Part shown: one piece after another, positions 34,989 through 44,759 of the stretch
Numbering within the stretch: the first letter of the stretch is position 1
Layout: each line of letters begins with the position of its first letter
Assembly: GCA_023953695.1 (NCBI GenBank)
Contig: JAMLJG010000015.1
Span: 2,756 to 66,755 of the forward strand
Source: Kiritimatiellia bacterium
Lineage (GTDB): Bacteria; Verrucomicrobiota; Kiritimatiellia; CAIVKH01
Direction of reading: 5' to 3'
Length of the DNA stretch: 64,000 bases
Notes under the pieces: generated by a model
Seen by the model: only the letters and a program-made list of their open reading frames with translations
The model's database searches: none
What the model was told of the DNA's origin: nothing
Program-made: the position numbers and the translations under genes

Positions 34989-36806
34989 CTATTCGCGGCC
35001 AAACTTGCGACGCAACTCGCCGAAACTCATATAGATCAGCGTCGGACGGCCGTGAGGACAGGTATAGGGCATTTCACACAAAGCCAGATCCCGAACAAGT
35101 CGCTCGATTTCCTGCACCGTCAACCGGTCCTGCGCCTTCACCGCCGCCTTGCACGCGGCCATGGCGATCTGCTCTTCGGCCCATCGCTCGGTACCCGCGC
35201 GCCGCCCCCCACGCTCCAATGTGCCTGCAATTTCACCTAACAGCGTTCGAGCAGAAACGGCGCTAAGGAATACAGGCACCGCATCCACCACAAAACTATC
35301 GCCGCCAAAATCAGCGATACCGAACCCCATATCTTTCAAGAGCCCGACATTCAACCGAACTCGCTCGGCCGTCTCCGGCGGAAGATCAACCGACTCCGGC
35401 GCCAACAACCCCTGCATCTTGACCCCTCGCCGCCTCAGGGCTTGCATAAATTGCTCGAATAGCACCCGCTCATGAGCCGCATGCGGATCCATCAAAATCA
35501 ATCCCTCTTCCGTCTCCAACACCACATACAGACCTCCCGCCTGCCCCAAAACGCGGCACCACGACCATGGCGGCGACGGCGCAGGGGTCGGTAGAGGAGA
35601 AACGGAGGCCGAATCAGGATTCGGCACGGTGACATTGAGCAATGTGGCGGAGCGATCCGGTGGCGGCATCGGCTGCCCCTCGGGCGCGGGATCCAGTCGC
35701 GGATAAGGAAAGGCCGGAAGCTCCGGCAAGTCCACAACGCGCAGAGCCGGGAGCGCGCGCGCGGCAACCATCAACTGATTCACCAAGGGATCGGATGGGC
35801 CGCCCGCCGCAGAAAGCTGGATTGCCGACCGAATGGCCGCAATCAGAGCATCGCGGACATTGGAGCTATGCCGAAACCGCACCTCCTTCTTTGTCGGGTG
35901 CACATTGACATCCACTTGATCCGCCGGAAGCTCAATGAAGAGAAAGAGAACGGGGTGTCGCCCGCGCGGAATCAGCGCTTGATAGGCCTCGTTGATCGCA
36001 AATCCCACCACGGGCGCCGAAGCCGGGCGCCCGTTGACAAACAGGTATTGCTCCGACCGATCCGCGCGCGTCACTTGCGGCAGACTCGCCAAACCGTGAA
36101 CGCGCACCCCTTCGCACACCGTGTCTACCGGGCGCAAACCCGCGATCAGCTCATTTCCGAAAAGCTGCTGAATCCGCTCATCCAGCGAAGCGCCCCCCGC
36201 AAGCTGATAGACCTCTCGCTCATCCGCGCGTAGGGTCCAAGCCACATCCGGATGTGCCAACGCGTGCAGCAAAAAAATCTGGCGCGCGTGCGCCAGCTCG
36301 GTCTGCTCGCTGCGAAGGAACTTTCGTCTCGCAGGAACATTGAAAAACAGGTTGCGCACGGCAATCGTGGTCCCCGGCGAACACCCCGTCTCGCGCACAT
36401 CCAGCACGCGCCCACCCGAAACAGTGATCTCCGTGCCGCCCTCCTGCTCGCGCGGCCGCGTCGTCAGCGTGAATCGCGAAACGGACGCCAAGGCCGCCAA
36501 CGCCTCACCGCGAAAGCCCAGCGTCTGCACGTGCTCAACGTCGTGCACATCCCGAATCTTGCTCGTAGCGTGGCGCTCAATGCTCAAGAGCGCATCGTCG
36601 CGCGACATACCGCATCCATCATCAGACACCACCACCGCCTGCCGCCCGCCCCCCACCAAGTCCACGCGGATCGAGGTCGAGCCCGCATCGAGCGCATTTT
36701 CGAGAAGCTCTTTAAGCACTGACGCAGGGCGATCCACCACCTCGCCCGCGGCAATCTTATTGATTACCGCATCGGACAGTACGCGAATCTGAGGAGGAGC
36801 CTGCAT
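34989..36806 (-). CDS. mutL: DNA mismatch repair protein MutL
   Basis: GHKL ATPase N-domain (KELLENALDAG, Bergerat fold), a transducer domain and the C-terminal dimerisation domain. 605 aa. Confidence 0.9.
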   Translation of the reverse strand: MQAPPQIRVLSDAVINKIAAGEVVDRPASVLKELLENALDAGSTSIRVDLVGGGRQAVVVSDDGCGMSRDDALLSIERHATSKIRDVHDVEHVQTLGFRGEALAALASVSRFTLTTRPREQEGGTEITVSGGRVLDVRETGCSPGTTIAVRNLFFNVPARRKFLRSEQTELAHARQIFLLHALAHPDVAWTLRADEREVYQLAGGASLDERIQQLFGNELIAGLRPVDTVCEGVRVHGLASLPQVTRADRSEQYLFVNGRPASAPVVGFAINEAYQALIPRGRHPVLFLFIELPADQVDVNVHPTKKEVRFRHSSNVRDALIAAIRSAIQLSAAGGPSDPLVNQLMVAARALPALRVVDLPELPAFPYPRLDPAPEGQPMPPPDRSATLLNVTVPNPDSASVSPLPTPAPSPPWSWCRVLGQAGGLYVVLETEEGLILMDPHAAHERVLFEQFMQALRRRGVKMQGLLAPESVDLPPETAERVRLNVGLLKDMGFGIADFGGDSFVVDAVPVFLSAVSARTLLGEIAGTLERGGRRAGTERWAEEQIAMAACKAAVKAQDRLTVQEIERLVRDLALCEMPYTCPHGRPTLIYMSFGELRRKFGRE

Positions 36807-36911
36807 GGAGCGATTCTACACCAAGCGCGCCTCCAACAGGAGAGATTTGATCGCCCAATTTTGAGTAGCGACAACCGCCGCCCTGCCCCACGCCGTGCGA
36901 CGCCGGAGCCC

Positions 36912-37328
36912 TCAGTTGATACTGACGACCGAGAGGTTCACCAGCCCCACCTTCGCGCACAGGTCGAGAACGCGCACGAGATCCTCGTGGCGAGATTGCG
37001 CCGAGCAGAGAATCATAATGGTCTGATTCTGACTCAACGCCGCCAATTTCTCGAGGACCACCCCCATCTCCGTGTGCCCCATCGTCCGATCATTGATCGT
37101 GATCACGCCCTGCGGAAGCACCTGAATCCGAATCATGTTCTGCGGCGGCTGCACCTCATCTTTCGGAGGTGTGGGCGACGGTCGGAACACATCGAGATTT
37201 GCCATCGTATCAATGGGCTTCTGCGTCACGAGGAAGAAGATCAGCAGTTGGAACACAACGTCAATCATCGCCGTCATGTTCAACTCGCCCGACTCGCCAC
37301 TCAAATTGCGTTTGCGTTTGCGCGCCAT
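36912..37328 (-). CDS. ExbD/TolR-family biopolymer transport protein (copy 2)
   Basis: Starts at the internal Met MARKRKR. The N-region NMTAMIDVVFQLLIFFLVT is a typical ExbD/TolR TM helix, followed by a periplasmic domain. Confidence 0.8.
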   Translation of the reverse strand: MARKRKRNLSGESGELNMTAMIDVVFQLLIFFLVTQKPIDTMANLDVFRPSPTPPKDEVQPPQNMIRIQVLPQGVITINDRTMGHTEMGVVLEKLAALSQNQTIMILCSAQSRHEDLVRVLDLCAKVGLVNLSVVSIN

Positions 37329-37330
37329 AG

Positions 37331-37744
37331 CTAGCTCGCCTTCTCCTTCACCGCCGAGAACTTCATCTTCCAAAGCCCCGCTTTCGTGCACGCATCCATG
37401 GCGGCGCGCACGGACTCGTGATGGGTGTCGCCATCGGCGCGAATGATCACGGGCACCGTCTGTCCTTGATCGGCAACCGTCTTCTTCATCAGCGTGTAGA
37501 GATAGTCCGCCGTCATGTAGGTGCGCGCAATGGAGATGCGCCCCTCCTTATCCACCTCGATCACCACCTCGCGCGGATCGCGCGTCTCCACCGGCTTGGC
37601 ATGAGGCGCCAAAGCCAGCCGGATGCTCTCATCAATCGCCTTCTGCTGCATATCCGCAGTCGTGACGAAGAAGATGATGAGCTGAAACACAACGTCAATC
37701 ATTGGCGTCATGTTGATGCCCGGCTCTTCAGGTCTTTTCTTCAT
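37331..37744 (-). CDS. ExbD/TolR-family biopolymer transport protein (copy 1)
   Basis: NMTPMIDVVFQLIIFFVTT TM helix plus periplasmic domain. Directly adjacent to a second ExbD copy. Confidence 0.8.
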   Translation of the reverse strand: MKKRPEEPGINMTPMIDVVFQLIIFFVTTADMQQKAIDESIRLALAPHAKPVETRDPREVVIEVDKEGRISIARTYMTADYLYTLMKKTVADQGQTVPVIIRADGDTHHESVRAAMDACTKAGLWKMKFSAVKEKAS

Positions 37745-37765
37745 GATTCGTCGAACTCAATCCAC

Positions 37766-38578
37766 TTATTCGGGCACCACTTCGACATTTCGGAGCGACT
37801 TGACCAAATCCGTCGTCAGCGCCTCCATCTCCAGAATGATCCTCGTGGCCTTATTTCTAAAGTAGTAGAAGAAGCCGACCGCAGGCACGGCCGCTATCAG
37901 GCCCGCAGCAGTGGTGTAGAGCGCCTGCGCGATGTTGATGGCCAGCAACTGCTGCTGCGCCGCTCCCGCCTGCATCGTCGCCAAGTTGGCAAATGCAGCG
38001 ATCATTCCTTGCACCGTACCCAACAGCCCCAACATCGGCGCGAGGTTGGCAACGACGTTCAGATACGTCACGCGCTGGAGAACTTTCTCGCTCTCGAGAT
38101 CGGCAGCCACACCGATGGCTTCCTGAACCGCGTCAAAACCCTCCGAAACATTGCTAAAACCGGCGGAAAGGATGTTCGCCAACGGACCCGGATCCATCTC
38201 ACACTCTTTGAGCGCCTTCATCACATCCCCCTGCTCAATCGCCTCGCGGGCTCGGTTGACCAATTGCGCGGGCGCAATCTTCTTTTCGCGCACGGTGACG
38301 AACGAGTCCACTATCAGCGAGAAGCCTGCGACCGAACAAGCGCCCAGGGCAAGCCACAACACGACGCCCAGCCAGCCGCTACTCATCACAACATTGCCAA
38401 AACTCATCGGCGAAGATTTATTCGCATCGGCCGCTTCCGCCGCCTTCGCCTCCTCCGTCAACTCCATGGCCTGTCCATAAACGGTACCGGCGCTCACCCA
38501 CAATGCGCCCAACAGGGCTATGCCCACAATCCAACGCTTCGCCTTCAGCATATTCGTGCTCCTCATTAACTGATCCAT
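37766..38578 (-). CDS. MotA/TolQ/ExbB-family proton channel (long form with N-terminal signal peptide and periplasmic extension)
   Basis: Three C-terminal TM helices with the conserved ANLAPMLGLLGTVQGMI motif. The N-terminal cleavable-signal-like segment is as seen in Bacteroidetes-type ExbB. Confidence 0.8.
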   Translation of the reverse strand: MDQLMRSTNMLKAKRWIVGIALLGALWVSAGTVYGQAMELTEEAKAAEAADANKSSPMSFGNVVMSSGWLGVVLWLALGACSVAGFSLIVDSFVTVREKKIAPAQLVNRAREAIEQGDVMKALKECEMDPGPLANILSAGFSNVSEGFDAVQEAIGVAADLESEKVLQRVTYLNVVANLAPMLGLLGTVQGMIAAFANLATMQAGAAQQQLLAINIAQALYTTAAGLIAAVPAVGFFYYFRNKATRIILEMEALTTDLVKSLRNVEVVPE

Positions 38579-38583
38579 ACATC

Positions 38584-39402
38584 CTACAGTTTCGCCTGTG
38601 CGCGCTGCGCAAACGGCGTTCCACCAAATTCTTCCACCACGCGGCGATAGAGATCGCGGCTCCGCGGATCGCGCATGCGCTCCAGTCCATCCGCCGCCTT
38701 GAACAGCGCCTCGGGCATCAGTGTCTTCTCCGATTCGAAAAGCATCGCCGTGCGCAAATAGTCCATCACAGCGCCTTCCACCTGACCCTGCGCCAGCTTG
38801 AGATCCCCGCGCATGATCTGCGCGCGCGCCGCATCGGCGCGCGAACCCTTTTCGATCATCTCGCCCAACTGCGGGGCCAGCTTGTCAAACTGCTTCGCAC
38901 CGAGCAACGCATTCAAATAGCCCCAGAGCGCCGCGCTGTCGCGCTTTTGATCGGGCGCCGATTGGAAGAGCCGCTCGAAACTCGCAACAGCCCCCGCTGC
39001 ATCGCCCTTGCTCATCTGAATCTGCGCCGAGAGAGCGCGCGCCTGATTGTCCCAGTTCAAGAAGCGATAATTCTGGATCACCTGCTCCAAGAGCGTCAGC
39101 GCCTCGTCATAGTTCCGCTGCTGTGCCAACCGCAGCGCGCGATCAAATTCGGCGGGGCGCGCCGCTTCAGCGCGCTGATAGCGGCCTTTTTCATAGGTGA
39201 CCTGCCCCTGCGTCGTAGTCAGGATGATGGTTCCGTCGGAACGCGCGCGGATGTCGGTGCCATCCACACGCTGCCCATTCGGCAAAATAACGTAGGGATT
39301 CTGCGCCACTGCGGGTCCCGCAATAACGGAGCCCAACAGCGCCAACGCAATAATCCTGCCCAGTCGCAACTTCATAATCGTCATGGTCGCTTCCTTCATC
39401 AC
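38584..39402 (-). CDS. periplasmic TPR-repeat protein
   Basis: Signal peptide and three to four TPR-like repeats. It lies immediately upstream of exbB, and its stop overlaps the start of the large TPR protein. Confidence 0.6.
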   Translation of the reverse strand: MMKEATMTIMKLRLGRIIALALLGSVIAGPAVAQNPYVILPNGQRVDGTDIRARSDGTIILTTTQGQVTYEKGRYQRAEAARPAEFDRALRLAQQRNYDEALTLLEQVIQNYRFLNWDNQARALSAQIQMSKGDAAGAVASFERLFQSAPDQKRDSAALWGYLNALLGAKQFDKLAPQLGEMIEKGSRADAARAQIMRGDLKLAQGQVEGAVMDYLRTAMLFESEKTLMPEALFKAADGLERMRDPRSRDLYRRVVEEFGGTPFAQRAQAKL

Positions 39403-42230
39403 GGCCCTGTGCTCGGCGTCGCCCCACCATTGGTACTGGCGCGAAGGCTGGCCTCAGAACGCAAACGCCTGACCTCGGCTACCTTGTCACTGGTCGGGAA
39501 CAGCTTCAAGTAAAGTTCACAGGAATCCACGAGATCCTTGAAATGCCCCAGTTCCATGGCCAGCGGCATACCGGCCAGCAGCGCTTCCTGAATGAAGGGG
39601 CGTTGCTCAACTTTGTTGGGATCCGAGAGCAGGGCGACTCGCTGGAAAGACGCCAACGCGCCCGATTTATCGTTGGCCTTGAGCTGCACCTCGGCCAACT
39701 TCATGCTCGCTTGGTTGAGTTGAACAGGGTCTTTGGAGAAGCGGAATATCTCGTTCAGCGATTCGCTCGCCGCACGGAAGTTGCCGGTTTCCGCATACGC
39801 TTCGCACAGAAGAAAGCGCGCCTCGAAAAACAGCGCCGTACGGGGATAGTCCCTGAGCAGCGCATCGAGCGCCTTGATCGCGCCCTCGTTGTTCTTCTGC
39901 TCGAAATAGGCGCGGCCCACGCCATACAACGCGCGCTCCAACAGCGTGCGAGACTCCGGCAAATCTTTTGTGGCCTGGATTTGAGGGTTGTTGGCCACGA
40001 AGCGGAACGCCTCCAACGCCTGGTCGAACAGCTTCGCATCAATCATCAATTGGCCAATCCGGGCGAACTCGGAAGGGGAATATTTGTCTTTGTTGGCCGA
40101 CATCTTTTCAAACGCCATGCGCGCCTGATCATATTGACCAATCTCCATCGCGCTGCTCGCCAACGAAAACAGAGCGTTTCGCCCCTCTTCCGAGTTCGGA
40201 TATTTCGCCGCCAACTCGTCGAAGGTCTTCGTGGCCTCGTCAAACTGGTTCAACCCTAGCTGAACCTGGCCCTGCCCCATCATGGCGCGCGGGGCAAACT
40301 CCGATTGCGGGAACAATTGCAAGAATTGCTGATACCCGCGCATCCCGCGCTCCCGATAGGAGGCCACCTGCTCAACCGTTCCGGTCATGCGCGAGTAGGC
40401 ATTCGCGCGCTGAAAAATGGCGCGCTCCAGCACGCTCATATTCTTCGCGCGATCTTCCTCCGTCGCGGCGTAGGGATTGCCCTTGGGCGCAAGCCAACCG
40501 ATCAACTTTTCGAACTCTGTCGCCGCCGCGCTCCAGTTCGTCTGCCGCACATAACTGTCGGCCAGACTGAACTGGGCATTCGCTCGGTCCGGACTGGGCG
40601 GAACGTCGCTGACCAATCTGGCATACGCCTCTCGCGCTTTGTCGTATTGCTTGAGGTCGTAGTAGCTGCGCGCAATCAGGCGAAGCGCCTTGGGATAATT
40701 CTGATCCTTGGGATAATCGTCCACGATGCGCTGGAAGTAGTGGTCCGACCCCTCAATATCGCCCGCTTTGCGGCGCACACTGCCCAAGTAGTAGAGGATC
40801 GTGCCCGCGCGCTCGTGCTTCGGAAAGTGGGAGAGATAGAGATCGTAGAGCTCAAGCGCAAAGGACTCGTTCTGTTTGCCACTGACCACGCTCGCATTGG
40901 AGAGCAGCGCGGCCGCCGCATCCGCGTTTCCAGCAAATCGCTCCGCGATATATTCAGCCACCGCGCGCGCATACAGCAAGTTATCGGTCTCCACGTAACT
41001 CTGCAGCAGAAAGCCCAACGAGCGGATGGAAGCGGGCGTTTCGGGATAGGCATTGAGCGCGAGGAGATATTGCCGAATCGCCTCGCCAAACTGCTTCTGC
41101 CGAAACAGATTGTCGGCCAGCCGGAATTGCGTCGCAGAGGCTTTCTCCGCCTGCTTTGCCCCAAGATCAATATTGACCGTCTTGCCCATCCCTTCCAACT
41201 GCGCCTTGATTTCGTTGGCGCGCACACCAGCGGGTGGGCCCCAATCGCTTTCTCCATACTTCACAAACACGTTGTAGAACTCTTTGAGGGCGCTGCCCAG
41301 CAGGCCAATGGCCTCATCGCGACGATTCGGATCCTGCAGCGCGGCGGAAGCATCTTCTTGATAGATTTTGCCGAGCAAGAAGCGCGATCCCGCGAGCGGA
41401 CTCATCGCGGTCGAAACTTTCTCCTGCTTAATGAGGTCGTCAATCTCCCCGAGAATATCCGCGTATTGCTGGGTCAGCATCTTCTTCGCCAAATCGCGAT
41501 TCCCGCGCGCCAATTCAATGTTCGCCAGCGTCACGATGGACTGGCCAAACCAAAGGTCAGCCCCACCCCATTGAATGTCTTTGCAAATCTTCTCCGCGCG
41601 CTCCAAATACTGATTCCGCTCATCGCCCGAAAGCTGCAGCGCGCGATCCACCAGCAACTGCGCCTGCTCAGCCAGAAGCGAACGAACCTGCTCCTTGTCC
41701 GCAGTCGCCGAAATCACGCGCCCCAGCGCTTCCGCCGCGCCGCCCAAGTCGCCCGAGAGGCGAAGCATCTGCGCAAAACGATAGGCCGCATCGCTATAGA
41801 ACTTCAGCAAATCCGGGTCCGTCGGCGGCTGCTGGAACCGAGCAAAGAACTCCTGATAAATCTGGCGCGCTCGATCCATGTCGCCACTGCGATAGTAGCC
41901 GTTCGCCAAGGCGAGGCGGATCGAGTCGGCATTGGGATCGCCCGCCGCCATCTCCTTAATGATCGCCTCGGCATCGGCATATTTGCGCGCGGCGATCAGG
42001 CTCTTGGCAGAAATGATTTTTGCGCGGCCAGCTTGATCCGGATACTTCCGAACAATGCTCTCCATCAACTTATTGGCAAAATCGGGGAAACCGCCTTCCG
42101 CCAATTTGTTCGCAAACTCAAACTCCTGATTCAGCGATTGCGCGCGAACTCCCAACGCCGCGCTTCCGAACAACAAACACATTCCTACCGCTGCAATCCA
42201 GGTCGGACGAGATCTCAGTTTGTAAAACAT
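39399..42230 (-). CDS. large secreted multi-TPR-repeat protein (943 aa)
   Basis: Signal peptide, then more than 15 TPR/Sel1-like helical repeats along its length (recurring W/L-G-x-Y, A-x-x-F motifs). Confidence 0.6.
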   Translation of the reverse strand: MFYKLRSRPTWIAAVGMCLLFGSAALGVRAQSLNQEFEFANKLAEGGFPDFANKLMESIVRKYPDQAGRAKIISAKSLIAARKYADAEAIIKEMAAGDPNADSIRLALANGYYRSGDMDRARQIYQEFFARFQQPPTDPDLLKFYSDAAYRFAQMLRLSGDLGGAAEALGRVISATADKEQVRSLLAEQAQLLVDRALQLSGDERNQYLERAEKICKDIQWGGADLWFGQSIVTLANIELARGNRDLAKKMLTQQYADILGEIDDLIKQEKVSTAMSPLAGSRFLLGKIYQEDASAALQDPNRRDEAIGLLGSALKEFYNVFVKYGESDWGPPAGVRANEIKAQLEGMGKTVNIDLGAKQAEKASATQFRLADNLFRQKQFGEAIRQYLLALNAYPETPASIRSLGFLLQSYVETDNLLYARAVAEYIAERFAGNADAAAALLSNASVVSGKQNESFALELYDLYLSHFPKHERAGTILYYLGSVRRKAGDIEGSDHYFQRIVDDYPKDQNYPKALRLIARSYYDLKQYDKAREAYARLVSDVPPSPDRANAQFSLADSYVRQTNWSAAATEFEKLIGWLAPKGNPYAATEEDRAKNMSVLERAIFQRANAYSRMTGTVEQVASYRERGMRGYQQFLQLFPQSEFAPRAMMGQGQVQLGLNQFDEATKTFDELAAKYPNSEEGRNALFSLASSAMEIGQYDQARMAFEKMSANKDKYSPSEFARIGQLMIDAKLFDQALEAFRFVANNPQIQATKDLPESRTLLERALYGVGRAYFEQKNNEGAIKALDALLRDYPRTALFFEARFLLCEAYAETGNFRAASESLNEIFRFSKDPVQLNQASMKLAEVQLKANDKSGALASFQRVALLSDPNKVEQRPFIQEALLAGMPLAMELGHFKDLVDSCELYLKLFPTSDKVAEVRRLRSEASLRASTNGGATPSTGP

Positions 42231-42343
42231 GTTCCAATCTCACTAGGTACGCACACGCGAGAGCCGCATGGGGCAGCATAGTGGCGGAAAACCAGCCTTG
42301 CGGTCAAGTGTTGCGCGATGGAAATGAAATGCACTCACACCCT

Positions 42344-43510
42344 CTATTCATAGACAAACACAGGCGTGCCGATGGAAATCATCCCCAACAGCTTGCTCGC
42401 ATTCCAATTCGACAACCGAAAACATCCGTGCGACTCCGTCTTGCCGATCTTTTCCGGCTCCGGCGTGCCGTGAATCCCATATCCCGGGCGATCGAGACTC
42501 AACCACGCTACGCCCACCGGATTATTCGGCCCTGGCGGAATCATCAATTTTCGACCGATCCCAGCGGCCGCCGGGTCGTCCGAAAACAACGCAGGATCAA
42601 ACGTGTAGTTCGGATTCTCCGCCGCGTTCGCAATGTGCAACTCCCCCACGGGCCGCTTCTCCACCTGCCGCGCAATGGAACAAGGAAAATAGGCGACCAC
42701 CCGCCCCTCCCCATCAAACACCTGCAGGTATTTCGTCGCCAAATGGATTTCAACGCGCGCAGCCCAGAGGCGTTGAACCGAGCGCACATACGGCACGCGC
42801 AGCGCCGTGCCCGGCGGCGGATCCGGCCACTGCGCGCTCGGATTCCACTCGCGCATCGCGCGCTCCGTACTGTGATAGCGTTCGGCAATGGCCTCCAGAA
42901 TCGTCGAAAAACCGAGATGATCTGCGGCCGACTTTTCCACCCATCCCGCCAAACGCGGTCTCAACGCGGCATGCTCCTCCTCCGCGACCACATGCGTGGT
43001 GAACACATCTGCGAGGGCCGCCAACTGCGCGCGCAGCCCCTCATCCACCTCCCCGGTGGGCGCAATTCCCTCCCGCCGCTGCCATGCCATCAGCGCCGCG
43101 CGCGTCTGAGCGCCCCATCGGCCATCCAAACAACCGGGCGAAAAATTGGCTCGGTCGAGCAACACCTGCAAGCGCAAAACCTCATCTTCCAGCGGTGCCG
43201 CCTGCGGCGCTGCAAGTTCAATCGGCGCAGGCGCGGCAACCGGAACTGCCGGGGCGTCGGGCACCGCAACCGGAACCGGCGTCCGCGACGGCGCACCATC
43301 GCCACGCGGCAGCATCGAAACGCGCGAAGCGCTCGTCGGCGCTCTCGGTTCGCGAGGCAAGGGTCGCGGCCGCGCAGCCTTTCGGCCCGGCTGCGCAGGC
43401 ACATGCTCAACCGGAACAGGCGGCAAATCCGGCGGCATCGTGGCGCAACCCGCGAGCGCCAAGAGCGACAGCGAAAAAATCTGCTTCCAAACAGAACTTG
43501 CCCTCATCAT
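42344..43510 (-). CDS. L,D-transpeptidase (YkuD-fold) lipoprotein with peptidoglycan-binding domain
   Basis: Lipobox LLALAGC, PG_binding_1-like segment (LDGRWGAQTRAALMAWQRREGIAPTGEVD) and the catalytic YkuD motif HGTPEPEKIGKTESHGCFRLSN. Confidence 0.75.
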   Translation of the reverse strand: MMRASSVWKQIFSLSLLALAGCATMPPDLPPVPVEHVPAQPGRKAARPRPLPREPRAPTSASRVSMLPRGDGAPSRTPVPVAVPDAPAVPVAAPAPIELAAPQAAPLEDEVLRLQVLLDRANFSPGCLDGRWGAQTRAALMAWQRREGIAPTGEVDEGLRAQLAALADVFTTHVVAEEEHAALRPRLAGWVEKSAADHLGFSTILEAIAERYHSTERAMREWNPSAQWPDPPPGTALRVPYVRSVQRLWAARVEIHLATKYLQVFDGEGRVVAYFPCSIARQVEKRPVGELHIANAAENPNYTFDPALFSDDPAAAGIGRKLMIPPGPNNPVGVAWLSLDRPGYGIHGTPEPEKIGKTESHGCFRLSNWNASKLLGMISIGTPVFVYE

Positions 43511-43621
43511 GCGGCATACTCTACACCGATCTCTAGCAACTGCCCGCAACTTCTTGCTGGCGCCCACTCTTTTTCGCGCCAGCAATATTGAAAAACGCCG
43601 CCCAACTCCCTACCCTGCCGC

Positions 43622-44053
43622 ATGCGTTTGATCGGAAAACTCCTCCATTGGCTCCCCGCCATCGCCTGGGCCAGCACGCTCTACAGCCTCAGCAGCCGCT
43701 CCGCCGTTCCCGACATCCCCTCGTGGTTTTCGGCACACGACAAAGTCACACACGCCATCGCCTTCGGCCTCCTCGCCTCTCTCATCCAGTTCGCCTTGCT
43801 TCGAGCTCATCGCCTGCGCTTCCTCCCCGCCGCCTGCATCGCATGGCTGCTGACCACCGCCTACGGCGGCCTGGACGAACTGCACCAGCGCTTCACACCC
43901 GGCCGCGTTTCCGACATCGCCGACTGGATCGCCGACATGACCGGCGCAGCCCTCGCCCTCGCGATCCTCGCCCTGCTCGCCTATTCGTATCGCCGAATCA
44001 CCCCGCGCACCACCCCGCCAATCACCAGCGACTGCCGCGGCCGAATGAATTGA
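43622..44053 (+). CDS. VanZ-family membrane protein
   Basis: Three to four TM helices with the conserved DKVTHAIAFGLLA and GGLDELHQRFTPGR motifs of VanZ-like proteins. The 3' end overlaps lexA convergently by 73 bp. Confidence 0.6.
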   Translation: MRLIGKLLHWLPAIAWASTLYSLSSRSAVPDIPSWFSAHDKVTHAIAFGLLASLIQFALLRAHRLRFLPAACIAWLLTTAYGGLDELHQRFTPGRVSDIADWIADMTGAALALAILALLAYSYRRITPRTTPPITSDCRGRMN

Positions 44054-44583
44054 TACTTCCTATTCGCCGGATCCAAGCGAACCCCAACGCTGTCCTTCAC
44101 ATAATACTTCAGCGTCCACTCTCCATCCACCTGCGCAACCACAATCTGCCCATTGCGCGGCTGCGAGCCCTTCTCCACCAGCACGATATCGCCCGGATGA
44201 ATCCCCGCATCCACCATCGAGTCCCCATTCACCGTCAGCAGAAACGTCGCCTCCGGACGCCGAATCATATATTCATCCAGACTCAACACATCCGCCGCCG
44301 CCTCCTCCGCCGGCGATGGAAATCCCGCCTGAACAAAACCCAGCATCCGAACCGTCCCCGACAACTGCGCCGTCGGAGACAAATGCCCCGCCGCATCCTT
44401 GGCGAGAAACCCATGCTCAACCAACTTCTTCACCAACCCCGACACCGCATTCGTCGAGCGATAGCCAAAAACATCCAACATCTCCCGATAACTCGGCAGT
44501 CGCTTCTCGCGCCGATAGAAAAGGCGCAATTCCTGAATCTTCTCCTGAATATCAAGCGTGCGCGGCATGGCCAATCTCCCCAT
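43981..44583 (-). CDS. lexA: LexA repressor (S24 peptidase)
   Basis: N-terminal wHTH, an Ala-Gly cleavage region (VQAGFPSPA), catalytic Ser (GDSM) and Lys (KGSQPRNGQIVVAQV..LK) motifs of the S24 family. Confidence 0.85.
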   Translation of the reverse strand: MGRLAMPRTLDIQEKIQELRLFYRREKRLPSYREMLDVFGYRSTNAVSGLVKKLVEHGFLAKDAAGHLSPTAQLSGTVRMLGFVQAGFPSPAEEAAADVLSLDEYMIRRPEATFLLTVNGDSMVDAGIHPGDIVLVEKGSQPRNGQIVVAQVDGEWTLKYYVKDSVGVRLDPANRKYQFIRPRQSLVIGGVVRGVIRRYE

Positions 44584-44680
44584 TCATCCTGTCCAAACCA
44601 TAACTGAACACCCGTTCACCCGCAACACTTTTCCGCAACCCCTCCAAACAACGCGAGAGTCGAACCCGCCCCCAAAAAAC

Positions 44681-44759
44681 TTCCAAGCCTTGGAAGCCCA
44701 TCTCGCACAAACTTCCAACCCTTGGAAGTCAGCGCCCCCCAGACTTCCAATCCTTGGAA
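44681..44759. repeat. array of three 15-bp palindromes TTCCAA-N3-TTGGAA at exact 32-bp spacing in the lexA / lipoprotein divergent intergenic region
   Basis: Copies at 44681-44695 (gcc spacer), 44713-44727 (ccc) and 44745-44759 (tcc). Each is preceded by ACTTCC context. The same motif family occurs upstream of bioA. Confidence 0.7.

Noticed and set aside
42020-43591. 523-aa plus-strand ORF across the large TPR gene and the L,D-transpeptidase gene
   Set aside because: Arg-rich composition-driven frame antisense to two well-supported minus-strand genes with clear domain motifs (YkuD, TPR).
44681-44759. Interpreting the TTCCAA-N3-TTGGAA palindromes upstream of lexA as the canonical SOS box
   Set aside because: Not rejected outright. 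I could not match the motif to any LexA-binding consensus I know, and the same motif decorates bioA promoters, so I report it as an unexplained repeat or operator family rather than annotating it as a LexA box.
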